Notes under the pieces: model-generated
What the model was told of the DNA's origin: nothing
The model's input: only the letters and a program-made list of their open reading frames with translations
Database searches by the model: none
Position numbers and translations under genes: made by a program
Virus record (IMG/VR): IMGVR_UViG_2563366802_000014
Origin: a virus
Lineage: Duplodnaviria > Heunggongvirae > Uroviricota > Caudoviricetes
Reading direction: 5' to 3' (one strand)
DNA length: 39,173 nucleotides
Shown: in pieces, positions 1-7,935 of the stretch
Position numbering within the stretch: the first letter of the stretch is position 1
Layout: every line of letters starts with the position of its first letter

Positions 1-516
1 ATGAAATTTAAAAAATGTCTTCTGCCTGTAGCAATGTTAGCGTCATTCACTCTGGCAGGATGCCAGTCAAATGCTGACGATCATGCCGCCGATGTTTATC
101 AAACCGATCAACTGAATACCAAACAAGAAACTAAAACCGTTAATATTATTTCCATTCTTCCCGCAAAAGTTGCCGTAGACAACTCCCAAAATAAACGGAA
201 CGCACAAGCCTTCGGCGCGCTTATTGGCGCAGTCGCTGGCGGTGTTATCGGCCACAACGTCGGGTCTGGCAGCAATTCCGGAACGACGGCAGGTGCAGTT
301 GGCGGCGGAGCTGTAGGCGCGGCAGCGGGTTCTATGGTGAATGATAAAACCTTAGTGGAAGGTGTTTCTTTAACCTATAAGGAAGGCACCAAAGTGTATA
401 CCTCTACCCAGGTGGGTAAAGAGTGCCAGTTTACGACAGGTTTAGCCGTTGTTATTACCACGACGTATAACGAAACGCGTATTCAGCCAAATACCAAATG
501 TCCTGAAAAGAGCTAA
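1..516 (+). CDS. Host outer-membrane lipoprotein, glycine-zipper type (possibly YfgH-like)
   Basis: ORF from track; N-terminal signal peptide with lipobox LAGC; Gly/Ala-rich GxxxG-type segment (GALIGAVAGGVIGHNVG); resemblance to E. coli YfgH is from memory and unverified. Confidence 0.7.
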   Translation: MKFKKCLLPVAMLASFTLAGCQSNADDHAADVYQTDQLNTKQETKTVNIISILPAKVAVDNSQNKRNAQAFGALIGAVAGGVIGHNVGSGSNSGTTAGAVGGGAVGAAAGSMVNDKTLVEGVSLTYKEGTKVYTSTQVGKECQFTTGLAVVITTTYNETRIQPNTKCPEKS

Positions 517-531
517 TAATCAGGAGGAGTC

Positions 532-1071
532 ATGAAGAAAGTTTTTCTTTGCGCCATCTTAGCCTCCTTAAGCTATCCGGCTATCGCCTCATCATTGCAG
601 GATCAACTCTCTGCTGTCGCAGAAGCGGAACAGCAAGGTAAAAATGAAGAGCAAAGGCAGCATGACGAATGGGTCGCGGAGCGCAACAGGGAAATCCAGC
701 AAGAGAAGCAACGTCGCGCAAATGCCCAGGCCGCCGCTAACAAAAGAGCGGCAACGGCAGCGGCAAATAAGAAAGCTCGTCAGGATAAACTGGACGCCGA
801 AGCCTCTGCGGACAAAAAACGCGATCAAAGTTATGAAGATGAGCTACGCAGCTTAGAGATTCAGAAACAAAAACTGGCGCTGGCGAAAGAAGAAGCCCGC
901 GTTAAGCGAGAAAACGAATTTATCGATCAGGAACTGAAGCACAAAGCTGCGCAAACCGATGTGGTGCAATCTGAAGCTGACGCCAACAGAAATATGACTG
1001 AAGGCGGTCGCGATCTGATGAAAAGCGTGGGCAAAGCAGAAGAGAACAAATCGGACAGCTGGTTTAATTAA
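532..1071 (+). CDS. Host secreted coiled-coil protein (possibly YfgI-like)
   Basis: ORF from track; signal peptide (AIASS); highly charged Q/E/K/R-rich coiled-coil-like body; RBS AGGAGG about 8 nt upstream; identity with YfgI is from memory and unverified. Confidence 0.65.
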   Translation: MKKVFLCAILASLSYPAIASSLQDQLSAVAEAEQQGKNEEQRQHDEWVAERNREIQQEKQRRANAQAAANKRAATAAANKKARQDKLDAEASADKKRDQSYEDELRSLEIQKQKLALAKEEARVKRENEFIDQELKHKAAQTDVVQSEADANRNMTEGGRDLMKSVGKAEENKSDSWFN

Positions 1072-1110
1072 TCGATGTTAGTAACTTCAATCCTATAATT
1101 CTTGAAGATA

Positions 1111-1143
1111 AAAAACCCTCTGTAGTAACAGAGGGTTTTGTTC
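1111..1143. terminator. Rho-independent terminator, apparently bidirectional, at host-prophage boundary
   Basis: Stem CCCTCTG / CAGAGGG (1116-1122 / 1129-1135) with 6-nt loop, A-run upstream and T-run downstream. Confidence 0.6.
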
Positions 1144-1288
1144 ATTCATAGTGCAGGGTCAAATCATTCCCACTCAATTATTTACGGATACCATAACCAA
1201 TTGAGTGATAACACTTTTCCAAATCTCAATTTTCCTCGTACCGTTTTATATACCGTCACAGGAAATCAGTACCATGAAAAATGCTATG

Positions 1289-1771
1289 CTATCTGGTCAG
1301 GGTGTCATACTGTTTTTCGCAGACTCTTCCGGCTGCGGCTGCCCGGTCAGCATACTCTGCCAGTTGTCTGTTTCTCTCGAGAGATTTGCTGAGCACGTCG
1401 GCAAGCAAAACTCCGGTGTCTGCGGCTGACGTCCCAGCGCCGACAATGGCGTTATACTGCCTGAGCTGCTCACGGATGGCAAAGAGTTGTTGCTGCAACC
1501 TGCCAGCGCGAGCGGCAGCATCAAGAGCATCATTGCGCGCCTGGTCGATCCTCTGCTGAGCTTCACGTTCATTGGTCGCTTTCTCCTGTTCGTAGTGCTG
1601 ACGAACTCTCTCATCTTCAGCTTTGCGGTCTTCCTTCGCCTGCGCATACCCGGCATCGTACTGGCGACTGCCGTGTATATTCCAGGCAACCACTCCGACG
1701 ATGAACAGAGCAGCAAGCATCAACACAATAAGCATCTGTTTCCAATATGCTTTTACGAATGCCCAGATCAT
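1289..1771 (-). CDS. Spanin inner-membrane subunit (Rz-like i-spanin)
   Basis: N-terminal transmembrane helix (LIVLMLAALFIVGVVAW) then charged coiled-coil body; directly follows endolysin with ATGA start/stop overlap; contains a nested lipoprotein ORF. Confidence 0.75.
   Translation of the reverse strand: MIWAFVKAYWKQMLIVLMLAALFIVGVVAWNIHGSRQYDAGYAQAKEDRKAEDERVRQHYEQEKATNEREAQQRIDQARNDALDAAARAGRLQQQLFAIREQLRQYNAIVGAGTSAADTGVLLADVLSKSLERNRQLAEYADRAAAAGRVCEKQYDTLTR
1297..1533 (-). CDS. Spanin outer-membrane subunit (Rz1-like o-spanin), nested in the i-spanin gene in another frame
   Basis: Internal Met start in the 1297..1716 ORF gives MMLLMLPLALAGC with lipobox LAGC followed by a Pro-rich short body; nested architecture typical of Rz/Rz1. 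Confidence 0.6.
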   Translation of the reverse strand: MMLLMLPLALAGCSNNSLPSVSSSGSITPLSALGRQPQTPEFCLPTCSANLSRETDNWQSMLTGQPQPEESAKNSMTP

Positions 1772-2397
1772 ATAGCCAGCACCTTACTGGCAGTGACGTA
1801 CCGCGCGCGCCGGTCGTCGATGCCGTTCCGGCCACCATTGATAATCAGAGTTACACGTGCAATATCGCCGGTATACTTCATGCATCCTTTGCTGGCAAAG
1901 AACCACGCCGCGCTACGAGCCGCGTATTCGTCCTGCGCCAGCAGTTCAGGACTCTCCAGCAGGTCAACCTTAAGACCGTTTCCACAGTCACGATAGTTAT
2001 TCAAACCGGTAATCTGGATAAGTCCGCGACCACGGTAATTCCAGCCATCACCAGAGGCATTGTTACCCATGCGTTTGCTGTACACCAGATTTGCGATCGC
2101 GCGCTGGCGCTCAAGTGGCAATGGTGGCTCACCAGCACGGCGGCCCAGTGCGTTAGCCTGTCCCTGGGTGAGACGCCCAGCCCGAACGAAGTTAGCCAGT
2201 CCGGTGACGCTGTAGTTGAAATTTTCCTGCAACCGGTTGAAGCCACCAGACTCATGCCCGACCTGAGCAATAAACATTGCCTGATCTTCGGGTTTGCTGA
2301 TACCAAACTCTTTCATCGCAGAAGTTATATGCGAGAACCAGCGAGCGGCCAGCGCCTCGCTAATACCAGCAGCTCGCTGGAATTGTTTAATCTCCAT
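1768..2397 (-). CDS. Endolysin, glycoside hydrolase family 19 (chitinase-like lysozyme)
   Basis: Motifs QVGHESGGF and NYRGRGLIQITG typical of GH19 phage endolysins; start reassigned to internal ATG at 2397 (MEIKQF) with RBS GAGGT upstream; the track ORF extends to 2628. Confidence 0.85.
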   Translation of the reverse strand: MEIKQFQRAAGISEALAARWFSHITSAMKEFGISKPEDQAMFIAQVGHESGGFNRLQENFNYSVTGLANFVRAGRLTQGQANALGRRAGEPPLPLERQRAIANLVYSKRMGNNASGDGWNYRGRGLIQITGLNNYRDCGNGLKVDLLESPELLAQDEYAARSAAWFFASKGCMKYTGDIARVTLIINGGRNGIDDRRARYVTASKVLAI

Positions 2398-2695
2398 GTT
2401 TAGACCTCGATATTTTGAAAATATGAACAACGTTACCGCGTGTTTTAATAACCGCGGCAAGCATGACAGCGTTGATAATGACCTCAGATAAATCCACAGC
2501 CATTGGCGTGCGTAACCAGATTGCATAGACGACACGAACAGGAATACTTGCCGCAGCAACAATAAGGAAATAAGCAAGCCACCCTCCCCATCTTCGATGT
2601 TGAGAGCCGTTACGCCGGAATGTGACAACGCGAATTGCTATGCCAGTACAAATAACTGCATTGGTGATAAGCAAAAAAAACTCATGCGTTACCAT
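2387..2695 (-). CDS. Small membrane protein, holin or antiholin candidate
   Basis: 102 aa with 2-3 predicted hydrophobic helices; immediately upstream of and overlapping the endolysin start. Confidence 0.5.
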   Translation of the reverse strand: MVTHEFFLLITNAVICTGIAIRVVTFRRNGSQHRRWGGWLAYFLIVAAASIPVRVVYAIWLRTPMAVDLSEVIINAVMLAAVIKTRGNVVHIFKISRSKHGD

Positions 2696-3086
2696 CGTCT
2701 TTTCTCCCCGGAATTAACTCGCGTGGATTATCGGAACGGTGATAGAGCCAGATGCCAATACGCACGGCGACAATTGCTGACACGAATGCGCCTGCAGAAA
2801 AAACAATCCCTTTTTCAAAAGAGTCCTGCGTGATGGTAGGGATCAGGCTGGCTATGCCGATAAGAATTGATGCTGCTGGTTTGTAAAAGAGAAGGCCGCA
2901 AAGAAAGCTGATCATCGACAGGAGCACCCGGCGACGGATGGGGTACTCTACTGCAGAGGTAACAAAAATTACCGCCCCAGCCAAAGCCCCTAAAGCAACC
3001 TCCGGAGGGACACCTGCAATAACCGCAGCAAGAGAACTAACACTAAGCCACTGATTTGAAGTTTCATTGGTTAGTTGGAATGACAT
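2682..3086 (-). CDS. Membrane protein, putative holin
   Basis: 134 aa with about 4 hydrophobic segments and charged C-terminus; first gene of the lysis cassette by position. Confidence 0.5.
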   Translation of the reverse strand: MSFQLTNETSNQWLSVSSLAAVIAGVPPEVALGALAGAVIFVTSAVEYPIRRRVLLSMISFLCGLLFYKPAASILIGIASLIPTITQDSFEKGIVFSAGAFVSAIVAVRIGIWLYHRSDNPRELIPGRKDDGNA

Positions 3087-3158
3087 AACGAAACCCGTTT
3101 ATTTGCAAACACCCTGCTTCAGGAAAAGTATACCGCGCAACAACACACCATTTACGGT

Positions 3159-5621
3159 TCAATTCCCTGTTAATTGCAAAACTTGCTCTTCCAGCTTTTT
3201 AACCCTGCGTCTCATCATCGCAGATTCCAGAATCAGAGCCTCTTCATAACGGATACCGTAACATTCACCAGCCTCGACGGCTTCGCGTACCAGAACCTTT
3301 GTCTGTATAAGTGGGTAAACTCCTGCAGAATGCTCTTCTTCCGTCACATCCCTGTATTCTGCCGGGGTCTCATTCCACTTGTCATAACAGATAAATGCCA
3401 GTCGTGACACATCTATGCCTTCATTCTGAAATACACTGATAACATGCTGCGCAACTGCACCAAAGTGCCATCTTGCTCCGTCTTTACCTTTCACTTCGAT
3501 CCTGTCAAGGTACTGGTATGAAACCCATTCCACTCTTTCCCATGCGTCCAGTATTTTCTCATCAATAACCTCTGGAGCAGTCTTGAAACGCGCATCGGAC
3601 AGCACCGTAAACGCTGACTGGGTAAATCCCCCCGACCATGCACGACCAGCCAACCCAAGAGAATAAGTATTCGTTGTCGATGGTGTCATGGCTGAATCAG
3701 AAAACTGTATATATTCTGAATTTCCAGTAGATATTCGAATATTTCCATTTATTAGCGACATAGTGCCTTTAGTATTATCACTATTGAATAATTTCAATTG
3801 CGAACTTATACCGCCTCCCACAGCCAGAGATACATCGCCTTCAGCAAGCATTCTGAATTTATCTGCAGAAACAAGCGTCTGGTTAGCAAGGTTAAAATAT
3901 TTAACCCACCATTCAAAACGCCCTGACATAGTCCCAACGTACTGACCAAGCGCAGGGACGTGAACAACATTGCTATTTGTAGTGCCGTCTATACTGGAAA
4001 TACCAGTCACCGCTGATGCAGAACTCAGAATATTATTTCTGTCACCCGGATGTTTAATTTCAACAAAGTTCCTGATACACCCTTCCTCGAAGGTAACCAC
4101 GCCGGAAGAACTATACATGGGGAATATTGACGCATAATTACTGCGTGCAGCATCTAAGAAACGAATGGTTGTAGATGTCTGCAGATCTCCTGATTCATTT
4201 TTCCCATCACACCCAGTCATTAGAATATTACTGGCAATATTATTATTTCCCTGAACGGTGACGCCGTGCGCCTGCTTTGCGTCCGATTCAGAGTAATCAA
4301 CCAGCACATCCGAAATCAGGTTACCAGTCCCCTTGCCAACAACTACTGCGGCGTATTTTGGGTTGTTAGCCATTACACTGCTAATGATATTATTCGTTGG
4401 GGCAGTTTCCGTCTCAGTTCCATTGTAAACAACGTGCTGACACTCTTCACCAATAACATTGCTGACAATGTTATATTTTGCTGCTGTTTTAAGTTCCACT
4501 GCACCAAACTGAGGATAATTTCTGGCTATCACACCATCAATTAGCGTATTTTGCGATGAATCAAAAAGCACACAACCTGCTTTTTTATTATTTGCGAACC
4601 CTAAATACTCTCCTCTTATATCTCTAACAATGTAACCTGACGGAATACCATTATTCGGATAAGCGATCAAGCTAAATCCTGTTCCTCGCGTATTTGTAAA
4701 TCTGATATTTTTAACCGATACATCATGGCCACCTGAAAATGACACCTGGTGTCCCTGCACACTATCATCTGATTTATTTCCCATAATTGTTAGCGTACTA
4801 AGCATGCCACCATCGGGCATGTTAAAAACCAGATGATTACCATCTCTGTCATACTGTTTTATCGTTCCCCCACCTGTTCCGTACAAGCCACAACGTGAAA
4901 GAGAAACTAAAGATGTATTGAATACCCCTTCCGGAACAAAAACACTGCTAAACGAATGTAATGATTTTGTAAAAGCATCCTTGTTATCATTTAAGATTCC
5001 ATTTTGAGCTCCAAAATCCTTAATGCTGACACCATCACGCATCTTATCCTGGAACGTTCTGTATACCGCTCCAGAACCATACTGAATAAACCAACCAAAA
5101 CCACCAATAACTCCGGCGATTGCAGCATCGACATAATTACGCATTGAGCGATTATTTACAGCGTCCTGCTCAAGTGATGGATCGGCAAGGTTAGATATTC
5201 TGTTTTGCTTTGCATCGTAATATTTTGCAAGCAAAGATGGTTTCATCAATGCACGTCTGAACCACCCAAAACATCGCTGGATCAGCATCGTCAGGTAGTC
5301 AAATGCATCCTCATGAACTTCGGGGAAAAATTTTCCCTGATTGCGAAGATCAGTCTCCTGCACCACATCAAGCACACGCTCTATCGTGATTCGCCAGCCA
5401 GCAGCAAGCGGCGACGGAAGAACCACTGCACCGCCACTATAAGTTCCCGCCCCTGTTACCGTATAACCAGCATCCAGCACTAGTTTTGTAACGTTACCGT
5501 TAAGGTCAGACACCTGAACAACCAGGTCGGATTTTTTGAAAATACGGAAGGTATACGGAAATGATGTCGTAACGCCGTTACCTGTGTATTCGTTGTGGTC
5601 AACTTCGGTTGAGACCGTCAT
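3159..5621 (-). CDS. Tailspike / tail fiber, probable polysaccharide depolymerase with C-terminal S74-type intramolecular chaperone domain
   Basis: 820 aa; N-terminal particle-binding-like segment; central Gly/Asn-rich repeats suggestive of beta-helix; C-terminal motif LSDARFKTAPE matching the S-D-x-R-x-K autoproteolytic chaperone signature; RBS GGAG upstream. Confidence 0.75.
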   Translation of the reverse strand: MTVSTEVDHNEYTGNGVTTSFPYTFRIFKKSDLVVQVSDLNGNVTKLVLDAGYTVTGAGTYSGGAVVLPSPLAAGWRITIERVLDVVQETDLRNQGKFFPEVHEDAFDYLTMLIQRCFGWFRRALMKPSLLAKYYDAKQNRISNLADPSLEQDAVNNRSMRNYVDAAIAGVIGGFGWFIQYGSGAVYRTFQDKMRDGVSIKDFGAQNGILNDNKDAFTKSLHSFSSVFVPEGVFNTSLVSLSRCGLYGTGGGTIKQYDRDGNHLVFNMPDGGMLSTLTIMGNKSDDSVQGHQVSFSGGHDVSVKNIRFTNTRGTGFSLIAYPNNGIPSGYIVRDIRGEYLGFANNKKAGCVLFDSSQNTLIDGVIARNYPQFGAVELKTAAKYNIVSNVIGEECQHVVYNGTETETAPTNNIISSVMANNPKYAAVVVGKGTGNLISDVLVDYSESDAKQAHGVTVQGNNNIASNILMTGCDGKNESGDLQTSTTIRFLDAARSNYASIFPMYSSSGVVTFEEGCIRNFVEIKHPGDRNNILSSASAVTGISSIDGTTNSNVVHVPALGQYVGTMSGRFEWWVKYFNLANQTLVSADKFRMLAEGDVSLAVGGGISSQLKLFNSDNTKGTMSLINGNIRISTGNSEYIQFSDSAMTPSTTNTYSLGLAGRAWSGGFTQSAFTVLSDARFKTAPEVIDEKILDAWERVEWVSYQYLDRIEVKGKDGARWHFGAVAQHVISVFQNEGIDVSRLAFICYDKWNETPAEYRDVTEEEHSAGVYPLIQTKVLVREAVEAGECYGIRYEEALILESAMMRRRVKKLEEQVLQLTGN

Positions 5622-5725
5622 GTTAAATCTCCAGATAGTCGCAGCACCCGTTGCGCCGCATATCTGGTTATTCTATTACCCAAAAAACCATATATGGATA
5701 GAAAGACTGTGAATATGAATAGATA

Positions 5726-5740
5726 TTACCTTTCAGGTAA
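5726..5740. promoter_or_regulatory. Operator-like palindrome TTACCtttcaGGTAA
   Basis: Perfect TTACC-N5-GGTAA inverted repeat about 40 bp upstream of the LexA box. Confidence 0.6.
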
Positions 5741-5777
5741 TTTTCAAAACGTGCTGGATAGCAAACAAATTATTTGC

Positions 5778-5797
5778 TACTGTATAAATATACAGTT
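5778..5797. promoter_or_regulatory. LexA (SOS) box TACTGTATAAATATACAGTT
   Basis: CTGT-N8-ACAG core at 5780-5795 with AT-rich spacer, close match to the enterobacterial LexA consensus, about 20 bp upstream of the 5818 start codon. Confidence 0.8.
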
Positions 5798-5817
5798 ATT
5801 GCATGGAGAAGATTAAG

Positions 5818-6075
5818 ATGCAGCAGTATCACTATCCACTGGAAGAGGGATTTACCGAAAGGATTCACACGCCGGGAGGCGTCAGGTCACTGGTGGAGGG
5901 ATCGCACTTGATGAAATTACTCCGGGATCTCGATAAGGATGGATTTAATGTCGATGGCCCACTTGCCGAACTGACTGCACTGATTAACTACGTCACCAGC
6001 TCACAGATGTCTATGCGGGATCTGCAAACACATCTCGACTATTGTGCCGAACAATTACGAAAACAAACCAGATAA
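5818..6075 (+). CDS. Small antirepressor-domain protein, SOS-controlled candidate antirepressor
   Basis: 85 aa from ATG 5818 (RBS GGAG 9 nt upstream; alternative start 5803); clearly similar to the C-terminal part of the adjacent 231-aa Bro-N protein (shared pattern LLxxL..DG..V.G..AELT ... RD.QTH..Y); preceded by LexA box. Confidence 0.6.
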   Translation: MQQYHYPLEEGFTERIHTPGGVRSLVEGSHLMKLLRDLDKDGFNVDGPLAELTALINYVTSSQMSMRDLQTHLDYCAEQLRKQTR

Positions 6076-6106
6076 GGTTTGTAATTACCAAGTGGAGTGC
6101 TTATAT

Positions 6107-6121
6107 TTACCTTTGCGGTAA
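6107..6121. promoter_or_regulatory. Operator-like palindrome TTACCtttgcGGTAA
   Basis: Perfect copy of the motif, lying in the loop between 7-bp inverted repeats GGAGTGC / GCACTCC. Confidence 0.55.
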
Positions 6122-6212
6122 ATTTACATCGCACTCCTCTTGTGCCATAGTAATCGGGCACTGGCAAAATCCAGTGCCGGGATTGGCGTCCCGGATTACT
6201 AAAAGGCGCATT

Positions 6213-6233
6213 CACCGCGCAAGCGGTTTTTTT
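6213..6233 (+). terminator. Rho-independent terminator after the small antirepressor-domain gene
   Basis: CCGC-GCAA-GCGG hairpin followed by seven T; preceded by a compact multi-hairpin element at 6150-6199. Confidence 0.5.
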
Positions 6234-6390
6234 ATGCGTATAGCACGGCCACATTCGTATTATGGTGGGCTGTGTGGGGGCACCGAAAGGTGCGCCGGGT
6301 CCTTTTAGCCGGTTACGCCAACCCTGCACAGTTCACCACCAACCGATTGGCGTCGGTAGTGGTGATTAACCAGACTAAAAGGTAACCACT

Positions 6391-7086
6391 ATGACAGCTA
6401 CAAAAAGCACGTCCATTTTTTCTTTCGAATCTCAAGCCGATATACGGGTAATCGTCATTAATGGTGAGCCATGGTTTATCGCTTCAGATGTTTGTCGGGC
6501 TATAGGCATAGCAAACCATCGAGATGCTGTTCGAAAACTTGATGATGATGAGAAGGGCGTCGCTTCAACCGACACCCCTGGCGGTGAGCAAGAATCGATC
6601 ATTATCTCCGAGTCAGGCCTCTACACACTGATCCTCCGCTGCCGCGATGCGGTGACACCAGGCACTATCCCCTACCGCTTTCGCAAATGGGTTACAGGTG
6701 AGGTTCTTCCTCAGATCCGCCGCACCGGAAGTTACATTAAAAACTCGCTCCCGCAGGAAGAACGCATAAAGATGGTTGCCGACCAGGTAGCCAACGCCAC
6801 GGCGTCAGCAGTAATGCAGGCGATGAAGATAGAGAACAAAACCTACAGCGCCCCGCTGAAGCCCGGCTACCGCAGCCTGATTCACTCGCCGTCTGGTGTT
6901 CTCGGCCTGACGGAAAACTCACTGCTGATGAATCTGCTGAACCAGTTACAGGAAGACGGGCACGACGTATCGGGCGCGGCGGCGGAGCTGACCACCATGT
7001 TTTGCTACATCGTTGGTGTGAGCAAGTGCCTGCGTGATATCCAGACGCACGCGGAGTACATCAACGACAAGGCTGGGTTCTTCTGA
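6391..7086 (+). CDS. Antirepressor, Bro-N domain protein
   Basis: N-terminal segment FSFESQADIRVIVINGEPWFIASDVCRAIG matches the Bro-N / antirepressor domain; C-terminal domain paralogous to the 85-aa protein. Confidence 0.75.
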   Translation: MTATKSTSIFSFESQADIRVIVINGEPWFIASDVCRAIGIANHRDAVRKLDDDEKGVASTDTPGGEQESIIISESGLYTLILRCRDAVTPGTIPYRFRKWVTGEVLPQIRRTGSYIKNSLPQEERIKMVADQVANATASAVMQAMKIENKTYSAPLKPGYRSLIHSPSGVLGLTENSLLMNLLNQLQEDGHDVSGAAAELTTMFCYIVGVSKCLRDIQTHAEYINDKAGFF

Positions 7087-7153
7087 CGGGCGGCGGCACA
7101 GGGACGTGCCTTTAAAATAATCATTGGCGATGTGATGTAGATTCGCGTAATAT

Positions 7154-7168
7154 TACCTTACGGGTAAA
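7154..7168. promoter_or_regulatory. Operator-like palindrome TTACCttacgGGTAA
   Basis: Perfect copy about 20 bp upstream of a -10-like TATATT and the RBS GAGGTG of the 7206 gene. Confidence 0.6.
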
Positions 7169-7205
7169 CCCCGTTTAATGGCGTTTCTATATTATGAGGT
7201 GATGT

Positions 7206-7841
7206 ATGCCACAACAACTGCTGAATCCGGCAAAGGTTACTGAAGTTTTCGCTCATCTGAACGAAACTCCAGACAACCGCGCCCTGTATTCAGAGTTAGT
7301 GAACGGCAACGATGTCACATCTGATGTCAAAGGCGTTTCTCTGGCTCCTGGATACCGCGTTGTCCGTGTAGACGATCGTAAGAAAGGCGAGATTCCACAG
7401 GCGCACTTCGAACTGGCATTGATAAATGACCTCACCGAAGAGGTAGTGTATTACAATCGTGTCATTATCCAACCTGACAGCTATCTTAACTGCCGACCTG
7501 TCACGCAGATATTGGTATGGAGAACCCAGAAGCCTAAGCATCGTGCTGTGCTTCATGATTTCGCCGGCATCATCTTCATGAACTACCTCTTGGAACGGTA
7601 CGATATCATCGTGTCAGATCGCAACCAGACTCATGAAGGCATGTCGTTCTGGCAGGCTCGCATGTATGACGCACTGGAACTTGGCCTCCACCTCTATGGT
7701 TACGACATGATGACATGCGAGCTGATAGAGATGAATAACGAGGAAGAGCTTGAGAAAGGTGAAACCTGGTTGTGGGGTGATGCGGAAAACTTCCAAAACA
7801 GATTGGCCATAATTTCAAAGCATAAGCTGCCAATAAAATAG
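7206..7841 (+). CDS. Hypothetical protein (211 aa), accessory gene with own operator and terminator
   Basis: ORF from track; strong RBS GAGGTG; acidic soluble protein with no motif I recognise. Confidence 0.6.
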   Translation: MPQQLLNPAKVTEVFAHLNETPDNRALYSELVNGNDVTSDVKGVSLAPGYRVVRVDDRKKGEIPQAHFELALINDLTEEVVYYNRVIIQPDSYLNCRPVTQILVWRTQKPKHRAVLHDFAGIIFMNYLLERYDIIVSDRNQTHEGMSFWQARMYDALELGLHLYGYDMMTCELIEMNNEEELEKGETWLWGDAENFQNRLAIISKHKLPIK

Positions 7842-7847
7842 TTCTTT

Positions 7848-7872
7848 AAGCCCGCGCCGCGGGCTTTTTTGT
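7848..7872 (+). terminator. Rho-independent terminator
   Basis: GC-rich hairpin GCCCGCG..CGCGGGC followed by six T, just after the stop codon of the 7206..7841 gene. Confidence 0.7.
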
Positions 7873-7908
7873 GTCTGCGGATTCCCGCCCTGGCGGCGGT
7901 GGCATTCG

Positions 7909-7934
7909 TTAAAAACAAGGCCGCGAAAGCGGCC
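7909..7934 (-). terminator. Rho-independent terminator (minus strand)
   Basis: Hairpin GGCCGC-GAAA-GCGGCC with GNRA-type loop, followed on the minus strand by TTGTTTTTAA; convergent with the plus-strand terminator. Confidence 0.65.
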
Positions 7935-7935
7935 T

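Noticed and set aside
1487-2403. Plus-strand ORFs 1487..1996 and 1747..2403 overlapping the spanin and endolysin genes
   Set aside because: They lie opposite well-supported minus-strand genes and have low-complexity, Arg/Ser-rich translations; treated as shadow ORFs.
1768-2628. Extended 286-aa form of the endolysin ORF as given in the track
   Set aside because: The extension overlaps the upstream membrane protein gene and lacks an RBS; the internal ATG at 2397 has RBS GAGGT and gives a typical roughly 209-aa GH19 endolysin.
6039-6329. Mutually overlapping ORFs 6039..6329 (minus) and 6042..6308 (plus) between the antirepressor-type genes
   Set aside because: They cover the hairpin and terminator element and an operator; implausible compositions; interpreted as noncoding.
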